Positions 52,445 to 64,000 of a stretch of DNA of 64,000 nucleotides are shown here, in pieces (position 1 is the first letter of the stretch; each line of letters begins with the position of its first letter). The notes under the pieces are model-generated. The model saw nothing but the letters and a program-made list of their open reading frames with translations. It was not told the DNA's origin and made no database searches. Position numbers and translations under genes: made by a program. Source of the stretch: Zygnema circumcarinatum SAG 698-1b (taxonomy: Eukaryota > Plantae > Zygnematophyceae); NCBI GenBank assembly GCA_037447605.1, contig CM074804.1:1612001-1676000 (forward strand). The letters run 5' to 3'.

Positions 52445-54979
52445 ACGCATTGACAGACTTCAAGAAGTTTCCCTAAGGTAGTGGTGATAGAATGGAGAGA
52501 TGAATTGAGGGAAGAACCTCACTTGCTCATAATGTGAGCTCCATAATTTTTTTGCGTTAGTTCTCAGACATAAATGCATGCAGGCGGCTAATAGAGGAGG
52601 AGAAGGTGAGAAGGAGAAGTTGAAGTCGAAATGTGTCACGGGTCGTACATGCATGGGGTCGCCCTGCATGCATGAGGCCATGCATAGAGGCGTGGGCGTA
52701 TGAGAAAGGATGGAGATTATGTTTCTTTAAATCGATCATTTTCTTGTCGTTGGCAGTGTTGTGCTTGAGGGAGAGGGAGAGGGAGAGGGAGGGAGTGGAA
52801 AAGAGAGGGAGGGCGATGGGGGAGGTAGAGGGGGGAGAGATCTTAGTGCTGAGGGAGAGGGGGGAGGAGATCCTAGTGTTTGTGTTCAAGATTGCATTGA
52901 AATAATCTCTCGACAAGAGTCGATGAGTGTACGCCATGCACAACAAGCACCCTTGTTTCCCTTCCGCCATGGCCACCATGTTATTCCACGCCCTCTTCAG
53001 TGGCAGTCCAGAGCAAACATTGACAACAACTTCTGTCCTTAACGTCGTCGTTCACTTCTACTTTTCCACCGTGGCCTGCAACAAAGTGGTTCCTTACAAA
53101 AAGGGGCAGCAGTTGGCGATATCAAGAGCAAAAAGAGATGACAACATTGTTAAAAACAATAGTCGATTACTTATCAATTACATGTAAGAATACTTTCCTG
53201 CACACTCGGTTCAATTTTTTAGTGAGGCACTGCAGTTATGTCCCTCTCAGCTGCTTTCACGTTCTGAGTAGCAGAAAGTGAATCTCTCCCTTTCCTAATC
53301 CCGCTTGCACTCTCCCAACTTCACTCGCTGCCATCAGACGCCGCTTCCTTCCGTTTTCTGCCCACCAATCGGTCTTGCCTCCTCTCTCTCCGCCCACCCT
53401 CACTACCTCCTGTCCACGTCCTTCCCTGTCCCAGTCCCTCTCCCTCTTCCTCTCCCTCACCATCTCACTCCCCCATCTTCCCCCCCCCCCTCCCTTTCCT
53501 CTACCCGTCTCTTCTCCCCCCCCTCCTCCAAAACTCCCCCTCCCCATCCTTTGAGAAACAAAATTCCTTGCACGTGTTTGATGAGCCTGAATTTGACCGT
53601 CGACAGTTTTTAACTTTGCTAAGTACTGTGGTAGCAGCAGACTGCCGGAAAATAGATTTCAGAAGGCAGTCAACTAATCTGTCCTGCCCTCCTGATTTCA
53701 TGTTTTCTAGTTTCAGGCATTGAGGATCCCGGAACGCACGCAAAACCCCAGCGATGCTTCATGGCATTACTCACCGTAGTTCATCAGTACAACTTGGGGA
53801 AAATTTAGGTACCTAACCTCTGTACATGGTGGTGCAGAATCACATGTAACCAGCCATTTAGATACGCCAGTTTGGAAATGAACTGCGATACCAGAAGCTG
53901 CATCGGTGCTCTGAAAATGGTGCGGTTGGAAGCATTCCTGCGCCTCTATCAGGTTCTTCTCCTTCTTTCTCTTATCCTTGGGTGGGTTCGTTCGGAAAAC
54001 TATTTTGAAGACTGTGAGATGTTCTTGCGGCCGGAAGCTGGCGGCTGTCGGTTAAGCCACGTCGAAGTGGTTCTGGCAAAGCGCCAGAAATAAATCTTAT
54101 GAGAAGTGCAATTGAAGCCGTTTCCTTCAAAGCCTCAATACTTTGAATTTTTAGACATCTTCAACATTCTTCCTCATCGACCATCTGGGACCAACTGCTG
54201 CTTGTGTTATGTACATTGCACATGCTTTCTGCTCTTTGTCACTTTAACCCATCACTGGTTATGCTGCATATAGTCATCAGTTGTCTCACAAGGTCGTCTC
54301 AACCATCGCCATGTGTGTGACTCATTCCCTGGTGAGTGAAGATAGAGCGCACGCTCATGTTGCCCAACATTTGCAAGTTTCTAGCTGCTGCTTGGAGTCC
54401 CGGTCATCTGCCTATTCTATATGTAATGGCAGTGCACGCATCTTCAAATCTATGGTAGTTGGCACTCGCTATCACTCCTATTCAGCAGTCCTTCAAGTCC
54501 TTCAGTCAAACCTCGTTCCAGAGCAATGTGCTCGTCAACCGCACGTGTCCAAAGCACAGTAACAATGTGCGGCTGTGCTGGAGGAAGTGCCTGCTTCACA
54601 TCCCCCCCAAGAATGAGCAAGTAAAATAGATCGGCTCCATGATGCATCATCCCACATGGCATCCCGTTCGTTCTGCGCATGGGTTTCATCTGCCATCTTC
54701 ACCATGGAGGTACAGAGAATTCAGACAAGACTGTTTCTTTCCTCCACATGATGCTTCTCAGGTTTCTATCCACCTGCTTGGAGCAGAGTTAAGTGGAGCA
54801 TAGACAGAGTGCATTCCTCAGAGGCAGATCGAGCCCTGCCACCACTTCCGAAAGCAAAAGTGGGGCAACCCACCGAGGGAGCGCCAACTTACTTTCTATT
54901 GAGAGGAGCCAAATGGTCAGACTTCAGGATCAGAGGTCGGCTTCTTTGAAGAAGAACTTCTGCAAAAAGAAGGGCCTTT

Positions 54980-55510
54980 CGTCAGCGCTTTCCTCCATGG
55001 TTCAGTGCATAGCCAATAGCAGCCGGGTCGAATGACTTTTTAATATATTGCAGCCAGCCATAATCATCAACATCTCGCGCATCCACTTGGGTCAGCCGTC
55101 TTTGAGAATACGCGCTAAAGAGTTTGAAAAAAAAGTAAATTTCGCAACAAGAGTGTGGCATTCGTGCATTGCCTATAAGGGGCAATTCGACATGAGGCAC
55201 AGCGATCATTAGACAAGAAGAAACGAGGGGGAACAAGCTGCAATGACAGCATCAGGTGCTTGTCTTGTTGTTGAAATATGGCCAGGACTGCAAAACAAAG
55301 AGTCGAAATTTCTACCTCTTTTTTTTGACAAGTTCGACACTGAACCTCCGTTTGAACGTGGCATCATCGCAACCAAACATGCTGCGCAGACTGCATTTTT
55401 TTTCAACTCCTTGATTCTGGAGAGCTTCATAGCGAGGATGCAAGCCGCCATTGAAACTTGAAGTAAATGCTGCCATTCTAAAATTTCCTCCACGCTGCGC
55501 CCCAATCATT
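54980..55510 (-). pseudogene. Strongly decayed RanGAP-like LRR fragment
   Basis: Frame-broken segments EEILE / MAACILAMKLSRIKELKKN / DDYGWLQYI lie in the order expected for the later RanGAP LRRs; similarity is weak. Confidence 0.35.
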
Positions 55511-55780
55511 GGTCATTAGTTGATATGGCTGAGAATAGCGCCGTAGGCATTAGTCACTAGTCATTAGCCATGACTAGGCATTCTGCCTCTTGTGGGCCCA
55601 TTCCGCTTGAGGATTTATTTCAAATTTTATTTCATGGTCTGACATTCATTCCGATTGCAACAACAACGCTAGAGTTTTGTCCACTGCCAGCGCCCTCATC
55701 AACCTTCTGCATTTATGTCAAACGCATAGCATCCAGATTTAGTAACAACCAAAGTAAACATCGTAAAGCCAATGTTGAAA

Positions 55781-56063
55781 TTGATTCCTCGGCAGCTTTC
55801 AAATGGTGTGTAGCTCCGTCCTTGGGGTTTGTGGTCCTTAATCGTAAACATGTTCTAATTTCATTTCTTGTCATTGCTTTGAATAGAATCAATCTTCATG
55901 TGTTGGAAACAAGGGCGCCATTGCCATGGCGTAAGCTCTTTCTCATTTTTGTTTCAGGTTTTAGAGCTTAACGGTAATGAAATCAGTGCAAAGCCAGCTA
56001 TTGTAGAATCCAAACTAAAGTTGCGGAAGATCGACCTTGGAGTTGTACTAGTTTGCAAAGGCA
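55781..56063 (+). pseudogene. RanGAP-like LRR fragment A (left arm of a fold-back)
   Basis: GNKGAIAMA*AL, then frameshifted VLELNGNEISAK...KLRKIDLG; contains an in-frame stop. Confidence 0.6.
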
Positions 56064-56096
56064 ACCATCTTATCATTTTGACAAGACATGAGCGAA

Positions 56097-56620
56097 TGCC
56101 TTTGGAAACTTGGTACAACTCCAAGGCCAATTTTCTGCAACTTCAGTTTAGATTCTATAATAGCCGCCCTTGAACTAATTCCATTGCCGCTAAGCTCCAA
56201 AACTTGAAACAACAATGAGAAAATGCCTGCGCCAAAGCAATGGTGCCCTTATTTTCAACACATAAAATCGATTCCATTCAAAGCAATGACAAAAAATAAA
56301 ATTAGAACATGTTTATGATTGAGCACCACAAACCCCAAGGGCAGAACTGCACACCATTTGAAAGTTGCCGGGAATCAACAATCCATCTTCAAAAAAACGC
56401 AACAAATATTTCACTAGTTATAAGAAAACATACGGATCAAGCTTCAAGTTAACTTATCTTTGAAAGATAGTGTTCCCTCAAGTTGCTGAGTTGCTGTGAC
56501 AGTGCACTGTCCTTGCAAGAGCTTCGACAACTTCTTTATTTAACATGTTGTCTTGTAAATCCAACGATATCATATTGTCGCCTGCAACGAGAAACAACGC
56601 AAACATCAAGGAATCTTTAT
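56097..56620 (-). pseudogene. RanGAP-like LRR fragment B
   Basis: Acceptor CAG| at 56582, then GDNMISLDLQDNMLNKEVVEALART, NLREHYLS, GTIALAQAF, VLELSGNGISSRAA; contains stops and frameshifts. Confidence 0.65.
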
Positions 56621-56775
56621 GAATGTTATCTATTATCTCAATAAAGCTTATTTTTCCATAATTTGTGTCGAACATCAAATCATACAATTGAGCGACAATA
56701 ATGGTTGCACACACAATGCAAAATTTTACATTCTAAGCGAGAGGATAATGGATACATCCATGCATAGCAAGGCAT

Positions 56776-57143
56776 GACGGTGCAAAGGCAATTGCAGAGA
56801 TTGTAGCGAAGTCAATAAAATTGGAAAGCTTTTGGTTTTTGTCCTCAAGGGTGGGGTCAGAGGGTGGTGTAGCCCTTGCAAAAGCCCTCATGTCAGGTAA
56901 GCTTGACCTGCTCCTTTTTCTTTGCTATGGCGTTGTTCTTAACAAATCAGTTATACACCTGCTTAAGGTATGGCGCTTTTGGTCAAAAAGGAGGCATGCT
57001 TGAAACATATTACTTAGATGTACGTGTTGTTTCCTGTTGTAGGCGACAATTTGAAATCATTGGACTTACTTGACAACATGTTCGATGAAGAAGCTGCTGA
57101 AGCTCTTGCAAGGAAACTGCACTGTCCCAACATCCATGCGTAG
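56776..57143 (+). pseudogene. RanGAP-like LRR fragment C (two exons with an intact GT-AG intron)
   Basis: 56776-56896 DGAKAIAEIVAKSIKLESFWFLSSRVGSEGGVALAKALMS, intron 56897-57042, then GDNLKSLDLLDNMFDEEAAEALARKL..* (to 57143). Closely resembles plant RanGAP (recalled as GATAIAEIV...RIGSEGGVALAEAL...LDLRDNMF). Confidence 0.75.
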
Positions 57144-57994
57144 CCGTAAGTCGCAAGTGGATACAGTAAAATAGAAACATCAGCTATAAATATTGCAGCA
57201 AGATTGATGAAAAAAACATCTTATCATTCCTTACAAGCCACGTTTCTCCAACACTCTCAATCCTTGCAAATATACAGCCCTTTCAAATTCAATTCGTACA
57301 CCCGTACTGCAAAACAGACAAAGAGATGTACCATCCGAGCACTTGAAGCCCTCCCTGCCTGCAGTGACAGGTCTTGTTGATCTTGAGAGCGAGTGAGTGC
57401 ATGTGAATGGCTTCGGGAGCAATTTGAATTCTACAATTCGGCATTCTCAGGGATTCAGGGATTTTAAGGTGTCGGGGTTTAGGGATTTTAGGGTTTTAGG
57501 GCATGCTCCGGGTCGCCGTACTCGTCCCTGCACACACTACTACAGTAACGCCAACTGCGCCTGTCCAATAGAAAAGCGGTGTGACATGCTCCGCAGCGTG
57601 GCACGACTCCTAGCACTCCCTCTCATGCCATGCCAAAAACTTGTTGCGAAAGTAAAGCTAGCCCCCACTAGTTAACAACGGATGAAGCAATGACCAAATG
57701 TTGGAACGATGGCGACTTCTGAATCGTGGAACTCATTTCCAAACCATAAATGGGTGTGCCTATGACCTCTTGGGGAGTGCCTCTAGGCTCGCACCCCATT
57801 CCCCTTTTTTTTCGTTTTCTTTCTAACTTGAAAATCTCCCCTGGTCAGTCAGTCAGTCAGTCAGTCGACCAGTCTTGGCCAGCCCTGTGACCAAAGCCCG
57901 GCAGGCAGCCATGGCCGGAAGCGCCTTCTCCCTTATTGTGCCACGTGTCCTTCCTCATGACACGTGTCTTCCAGGCGTTCTGAGAGGTTGCCAC

Positions 57995-59213
57995 ATGGCG
58001 GGCGCCTATTGGGTCTCGCTGAAAGGCTGTGATTATGGCGGTCGACTGCAGCAGGAGGTGAGGAGAATTTAGGGTTTGAAAGTAATTTGGAATTTTAAAA
58101 TTATGGAATATTTTGATTTGCGTTCTTTTGAAAGATTCCGGATACCTTATGGCATTTAGGTTTTCTGGTTTTCGGGACCCTTGTGAGGTTTCTGGAACGT
58201 GGAGTTTTCGGAGAGCGGTAGGTTTTTGAGATTCGTAGATTTCAGGTTTCAGGAAAGTACGCGGCTTTCGTCCCTTAGTTTATTTTTTCTAGGTTTCAGA
58301 ACTTCAGAGTTCTTGGAAATTTTTTATTCTCACATGTTTAAGGTCGTTCAGAATTCTTTGAGTCCCAGAAAAGATATGGATGTTTGATTAAGTTATGAAC
58401 AGATACGTTTTTTCCCCCGCTCTCTTTCTGTGATTATGTGCAGATCTCCGGCTCAAGAAGAACCTCTGCCAGGTGTCTCTCACACCTTCCCACTCTTCCT
58501 GTCCCACTCCCTCTCCCTCTTCGCCTCCATCTCCTCTCTTCCAACCCCTTCCTTCTCTCTCTCTCCACCTTCCCCTTCCCCTCCCCCTCCCCCTCTCCCC
58601 GCCCCTCTCTCCCTCCCCCTCTCCTCTCCCCTCTCCCCCTCCCCTCTCCCCTCTCCCCTTCTCCCCCCTCTCTCCCCCTCTCCCCTCCCCTCCCCTCCCC
58701 TCTCCCCTCTCCCCTCTCCCTCTCTCCCCCTCTTCCCCCTCTCCAACTCTCCCCTCTCCCCTCCCCTCCCTCCCTCATACCTCCCTCTGAGAACTCGACC
58801 CATCTTCCAAATCGAGAGGGAAATTCAAGTTACATCAAGCCCCAGAAACATTTCAGTCCCTTAAACCTGCAACCTGCAATTCTAAAATCCAAAACCCTAA
58901 AAAACCCCTTATTCAAAAACCTTACAATCCTGAATCCTTTTCCCTCAACATTCTTTTTTCCATTCAGAATCTGATTTTTTTTCGCTCTCTCTCACTCACT
59001 CTCTCTCTCTCTCTCCCTCTCAGAAAAATGCGCAGTCTCCAAGTCTCCGCATGCAGCTCCGGCCCTCTCACCGCTCCGTTCCATCTCGCTTTTCCAGTGA
59101 ACGATTTGGAGTCCGCAAGAATGTTCTACGGAGAGTGAGCCTCGCTTCATGGGAATTCCTGAAAAGAAATTTAAAAAAATACGATGCTCCTCACAACGTA
59201 TGCAAGCAGGGTG

Positions 59214-59312
<99 letters not shown>

Positions 59313-60593
59313 TCTCTCTCTCTCTTCTCACTTCCACTGTTTCCTCCATGTCGGATCTTTAAAGAGTGGTCATAGGCGCTCATGGCATGGCTGCAGGATT
59401 TTGGGTTGCCCGGAGGGACGGTCAGCTCGGACATGGGTGGACTTTAACCTGTTTGGGCATCAGGTTGCCTTCTCCCTCCCTCCTTCCCTTCCCCCTTCCC
59501 CCCTCCCCCTCTCCTCTCCTCTCCCCTCTCCCCTCTCCCCTCTCCCCCTCTTCCCTCTCCCCTCTCCCCTCTCCCCTCTCCCCTCTCCCCCCCTCTCCCC
59601 CTCCCCTCCCTCTCCCTCTCTCCCCCTCTCCCCTCTCCCCCTCTCCCCTCTCCCCCTCCCCTCTCCCCCGCTCCCCAGCTCCCCGCTCCCCTCTCCCCTC
59701 TCCCCTTCTCCCCCCTCTCTCCCCCCCTCTCCCCTCTCCCCCTCTCCGCCTCTCCCCTCTCCCCTCTCCCCTCTCCCTCTCTCCCCCTCTCCCCTCTCCC
59801 CTCTCCCCTCTCCCCTCTCCCCTCTCCCCCTCTCTCCCCCTCTCCCCTCTCCCCTCTCCCCCCCTCCTCCTCTGCCCCTTTCCCCCTCTCCCCCTCTTCC
59901 CCCTCTCCAACTCTCCCTCTCCCCTCTCCCCTCTCCCTCTCTCCCCCTCTCCCCCTCCCCCTCCCCCTCCCCTCCCTCTTCTCCTCCCTCTTCCTTTCCC
60001 TCTTCCCCTCCCTCTCCACCTCTCCCCCTCCTCCTCCGCCTCCGCCTCCCCGTCCCCATCCCCCTCCCCCTCCCCCCCTCCCTCTCCCTCTCCCTCTCTT
60101 CATGGTCATCCATGTGATGCAGATTGTCTGCCACGTTGTCCCCAACTATGAAGCATCCCGATCAGCCAACGCCGTCGGTAAGCGAACAAAAGGAAACGAC
60201 CCCTCCCTCTCTCCTCCCCTTGCCTTCGCTAATCGCTTCCTCTTCACCTCTCGGCCTTCACTTCTCTTCCCTTATTTTGTTCTTTTTCTATTTCTTTTAA
60301 TTATTTTTTCTCTACTCCTTCTCCTCCTCCACCTTTGACCCCCCCTCTTTGTTTTTAACTACCGATCCTTTTTTCTTAAGACGGCGACCCCGTGCCCGTG
60401 CCCCACTTTGGGCTCGCCCTGCCGGTCCCCGCCTTCCACTCCCTCGCGGCGCGCCTCAAAACGTTCAAAAGCGTCGACTTCGTCATCGAGCCGCACCTCC
60501 GCTTTCAGGGGCAGCCCGGAGAACAGGTCGGTGGGCCCGAACCCTAAAATTTTGAAAAAAAAAAAAAAAAAAAAAAAAAAAAANNNNNNNNNN

Positions 60594-60627
<34 letters not shown>

Positions 60628-60830
60628 GGTTTTTTGTAAAGCAGCCACCGCAGGCTGTGAAAGGCTTAAAAGTGCGAAAGTCGATTGATCTTTTTTTTCT
60701 TTTTTTGGGTTTACTTTGCGGGGGGGAGCAGTGGACGATGTTTTTCAAAGACCCGAGCGGAAATTCTTTGGAGTTTAAAGCGATGACTAATCCGGAAAAT
60801 TTGTTTGCGAAATATACCGTTTCGGAGTGA
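57995..60830 (+). CDS. VOC/glyoxalase-bleomycin-resistance superfamily protein, bacterial COG3565-like, ~189 aa with a transit-peptide-like N-terminus
   Basis: Exons 57995-58057, 58444-58472, 59024-59134, 59397-59463, 60123-60177, 60381-60526, 60732-60830 (570 nt, in phase). [46 protein letters not shown]...[14 protein letters not shown]...[33 protein letters not shown]. The first two exons are less certain. Confidence 0.9.
60584..60593. other. Assembly gap (10 N) in the last VOC intron, flanked by poly-A and poly-T
   Basis: Run of n. Confidence 1.
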
Positions 60831-62854
60831 AGCTATTGTCTATTTTTTGGGGCGTGGACGAAATTGGGGTACAATTATGTATATATAAGGTTTGGGGTGT
60901 GGGGGGGGTTAGGGTTGAGGGTTAGGGTTTAGAGTTTTAATTAAGTGCTTCAAAGGTAATTTGGAAGTACAAAGAAATGATTACCTTTATCGAGATGAAC
61001 AGTGAACGATTCTTGGTTTCCTTGTTCTATATTGACTTTATCGAGGGTGACAATAGTGAAAAGTGGTTCCACACATGTCGTAGCAAAGAAAGCTCAAATT
61101 TGCAAAATTTTGCGTCCCATGGTTCCATGTGGTCCCTACTTAAGCGAACTCCGCTCCATGTGCTACGGTTGAGCGGGTCTGGAAGAACGGGAAGCGTAGC
61201 CGGGAACGGAACGGCGAAAAGTGGCGACGCACGTAACGGCTGACAGCGAACGTTGAAGCCCGCCCTCGGCAGCGCCCTCTGGTCGTACGGCAGGACGGCG
61301 TGATGCCGTACGGATAGCACTAACGACAATGTTTGCCGGACGGCCGATTCGGCGATTCTGTCGCTAGGAGCCGCTGAACGGTACGGCATGTACGGCTTGT
61401 ACGACTTCCGGAAACGAGAGTGGTGCATAATTTGTCGTTATTTGAGTCAGTTCCAAAATTTGAGATTGTCTCTTTCGAGTCGGCTCCGCGAATCTCATTC
61501 GCCTGACGCTTTCCGTATCCCAATCTGCGTTCTTATTGGTCTGATCTTTAGGACCTCACAAAAACGACGGCAAATATCTGTCACTTGTCGCCGCCGATTG
61601 GTCCCTGCCACGTCTGAATAACGATTCCTTGTCTTATCGTGATCTTCGTACATAAACAGATCGGGGAAGCCAATTGTGAGCGTGCTTTTCTTGTCGTTTT
61701 TCGCTGTCTCATGTACTCCAAATACCAGTTGCTAAACCGCAAGCTTATGCTCGGAAAGAAAATCGGCTCCGGTCCGTACAGATGGAAGCGGAAGCGACAA
61801 GTTAAGTGACGCTTAATATCGTCACAAAGTTTAAACCCGGACACCTTCTGAGCTTTGCTGTGCGTAAGGCCGCGTGAAAACTATCTGGATGACGTCGTGC
61901 TTGGTTGTACGAAAAATAACTGACAGTACGGTTCAGATGTCAATGGAGATGCAACACGACGTGACGTACGAAAAAGGTACTGTTTTGTCAGCAAGTGTGC
62001 CTTTGGCGCATCCTTAAGGGCCTGGTCGACAAATTTCAGGCGGCCAATGATAGAGCAGAGTTTGATGTTCGACCAATCACAAACAGCCATTTGGCGCTCT
62101 GAGAGCCAGGAAAAAGATTTTTGGCCGACCCGCAGTAAGCTGTCGCGCAGTGGGCCCTCGCCACCTGGCGGGGGGGACTTCGATTATGCCAGCCAGATCC
62201 TTTGTCGTCTTGTGCCAAAATGTCGGCACCGGTCATCTTAAAAAAAACAACGAAGAAGATAATTTCACAGAGTCAGAAAAAACGTTTTCTTTATTCTGCC
62301 CGCGGTCCGATATAAATCTCCCAAACTGACGCACAAAAGGCCACTCATCAATTTGCGGTCAGCATTCACAAAATTCCCAAACATTATTTCCCTTTCCCTT
62401 AACACCTTAGAATTTATTCGCACCTAAACAAAAAGAAATAGAACTTCGGGCAGGAGGAAACCTTTCATGGGGGGCAAAAAACCGTCCCTTCTATTTCCAC
62501 ATTTGGACAGCCGCCAGCTGCGCGCCGCCCTCTGCGCGCCGCCAATTTAGTGCCGCAAAGACCCCAAACGGACTCGTTCGTCGAGCCCGGTCGCTCTCCC
62601 ATTTCCCCCCGCTTCCTCTTCCTCTCTCCTCGCTGACTTTCCCGCTCCCTCTCCCTCTCTCTCTGTCTATCTCTCTCTCCCCATCTTCCTCTTCTTCTCC
62701 CTCTCTCTCCCTATCGCTCTCTCTCTCTCTCTCTCGCGTTTCTTTCGCTGCCACTCCGCCGTCCCTCCCACCCCTTTCTCCGCGACATCTCCCTCTCCCC
62801 CCCTCTCTCCCCCTCTCTCCCTCTCCCCCTCTCCCTCTCTCTCGTCCCCGCGCC

Positions 62855-63911
<1,057 letters not shown>

Positions 63912-64000
63912 CATATAAATTTATTTTTCAGATTTCTAATAGATTATAGTTTGAAAGGGATTGGATTTGGGGGCATTTGTTGTGTGAGTGGGAGGGAGGG

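Noticed and set aside
52460-54980. Scattered protein-like open segments (e.g. 53005-53105 minus, 53560-53720, 54450-54689)
   Set aside because: They could not be linked by in-phase splice sites or assigned to a family; probably decayed sequence.
60541-60630. CCCTAAAA...A-run / N gap / T-run...TAGGG apparent inverted repeat
   Set aside because: Homopolymers flanking an assembly gap, so the structure is unreliable.

Overview
Eukaryotic nuclear DNA: gene-dense and intron-rich, with short exons and introns full of (GA)n/(CT)n and polypurine tracts. The gene set is plant-type (DRP1/phragmoplastin, JMJ17-type KDM5, VPS2), so my inference is a streptophyte, plausibly a conjugating or charophyte alga; this is not proven. 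I rebuilt the gene models by hand from GT-AG junctions and codon phase. Identifiable genes: the 5' end of a JmjN+ARID demethylase, an RCC1-repeat protein, DRP1, a BolA, MCM4 (one exon missing, probably in an assembly gap; 5' end duplicated), VPS2, HRD3/SEL1L, SNU13 and a bacterial-type VOC protein. Two further genes are orphan-like. Mobile or accessory DNA: a hAT transposon with an uninterrupted transposase and TIRs, a 293-bp MITE, an intronless AT-hook protein ending in what looks like a pogo/CENP-B DNA-binding domain without DDE (candidate domesticated transposase), and decayed RanGAP-like gene fragments that include a ~283-bp-arm fold-back. Most ORF-track entries (SLSLSL/RERERE) are translated microsatellites. 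All family assignments rest on motifs recalled from memory; no database search was run.
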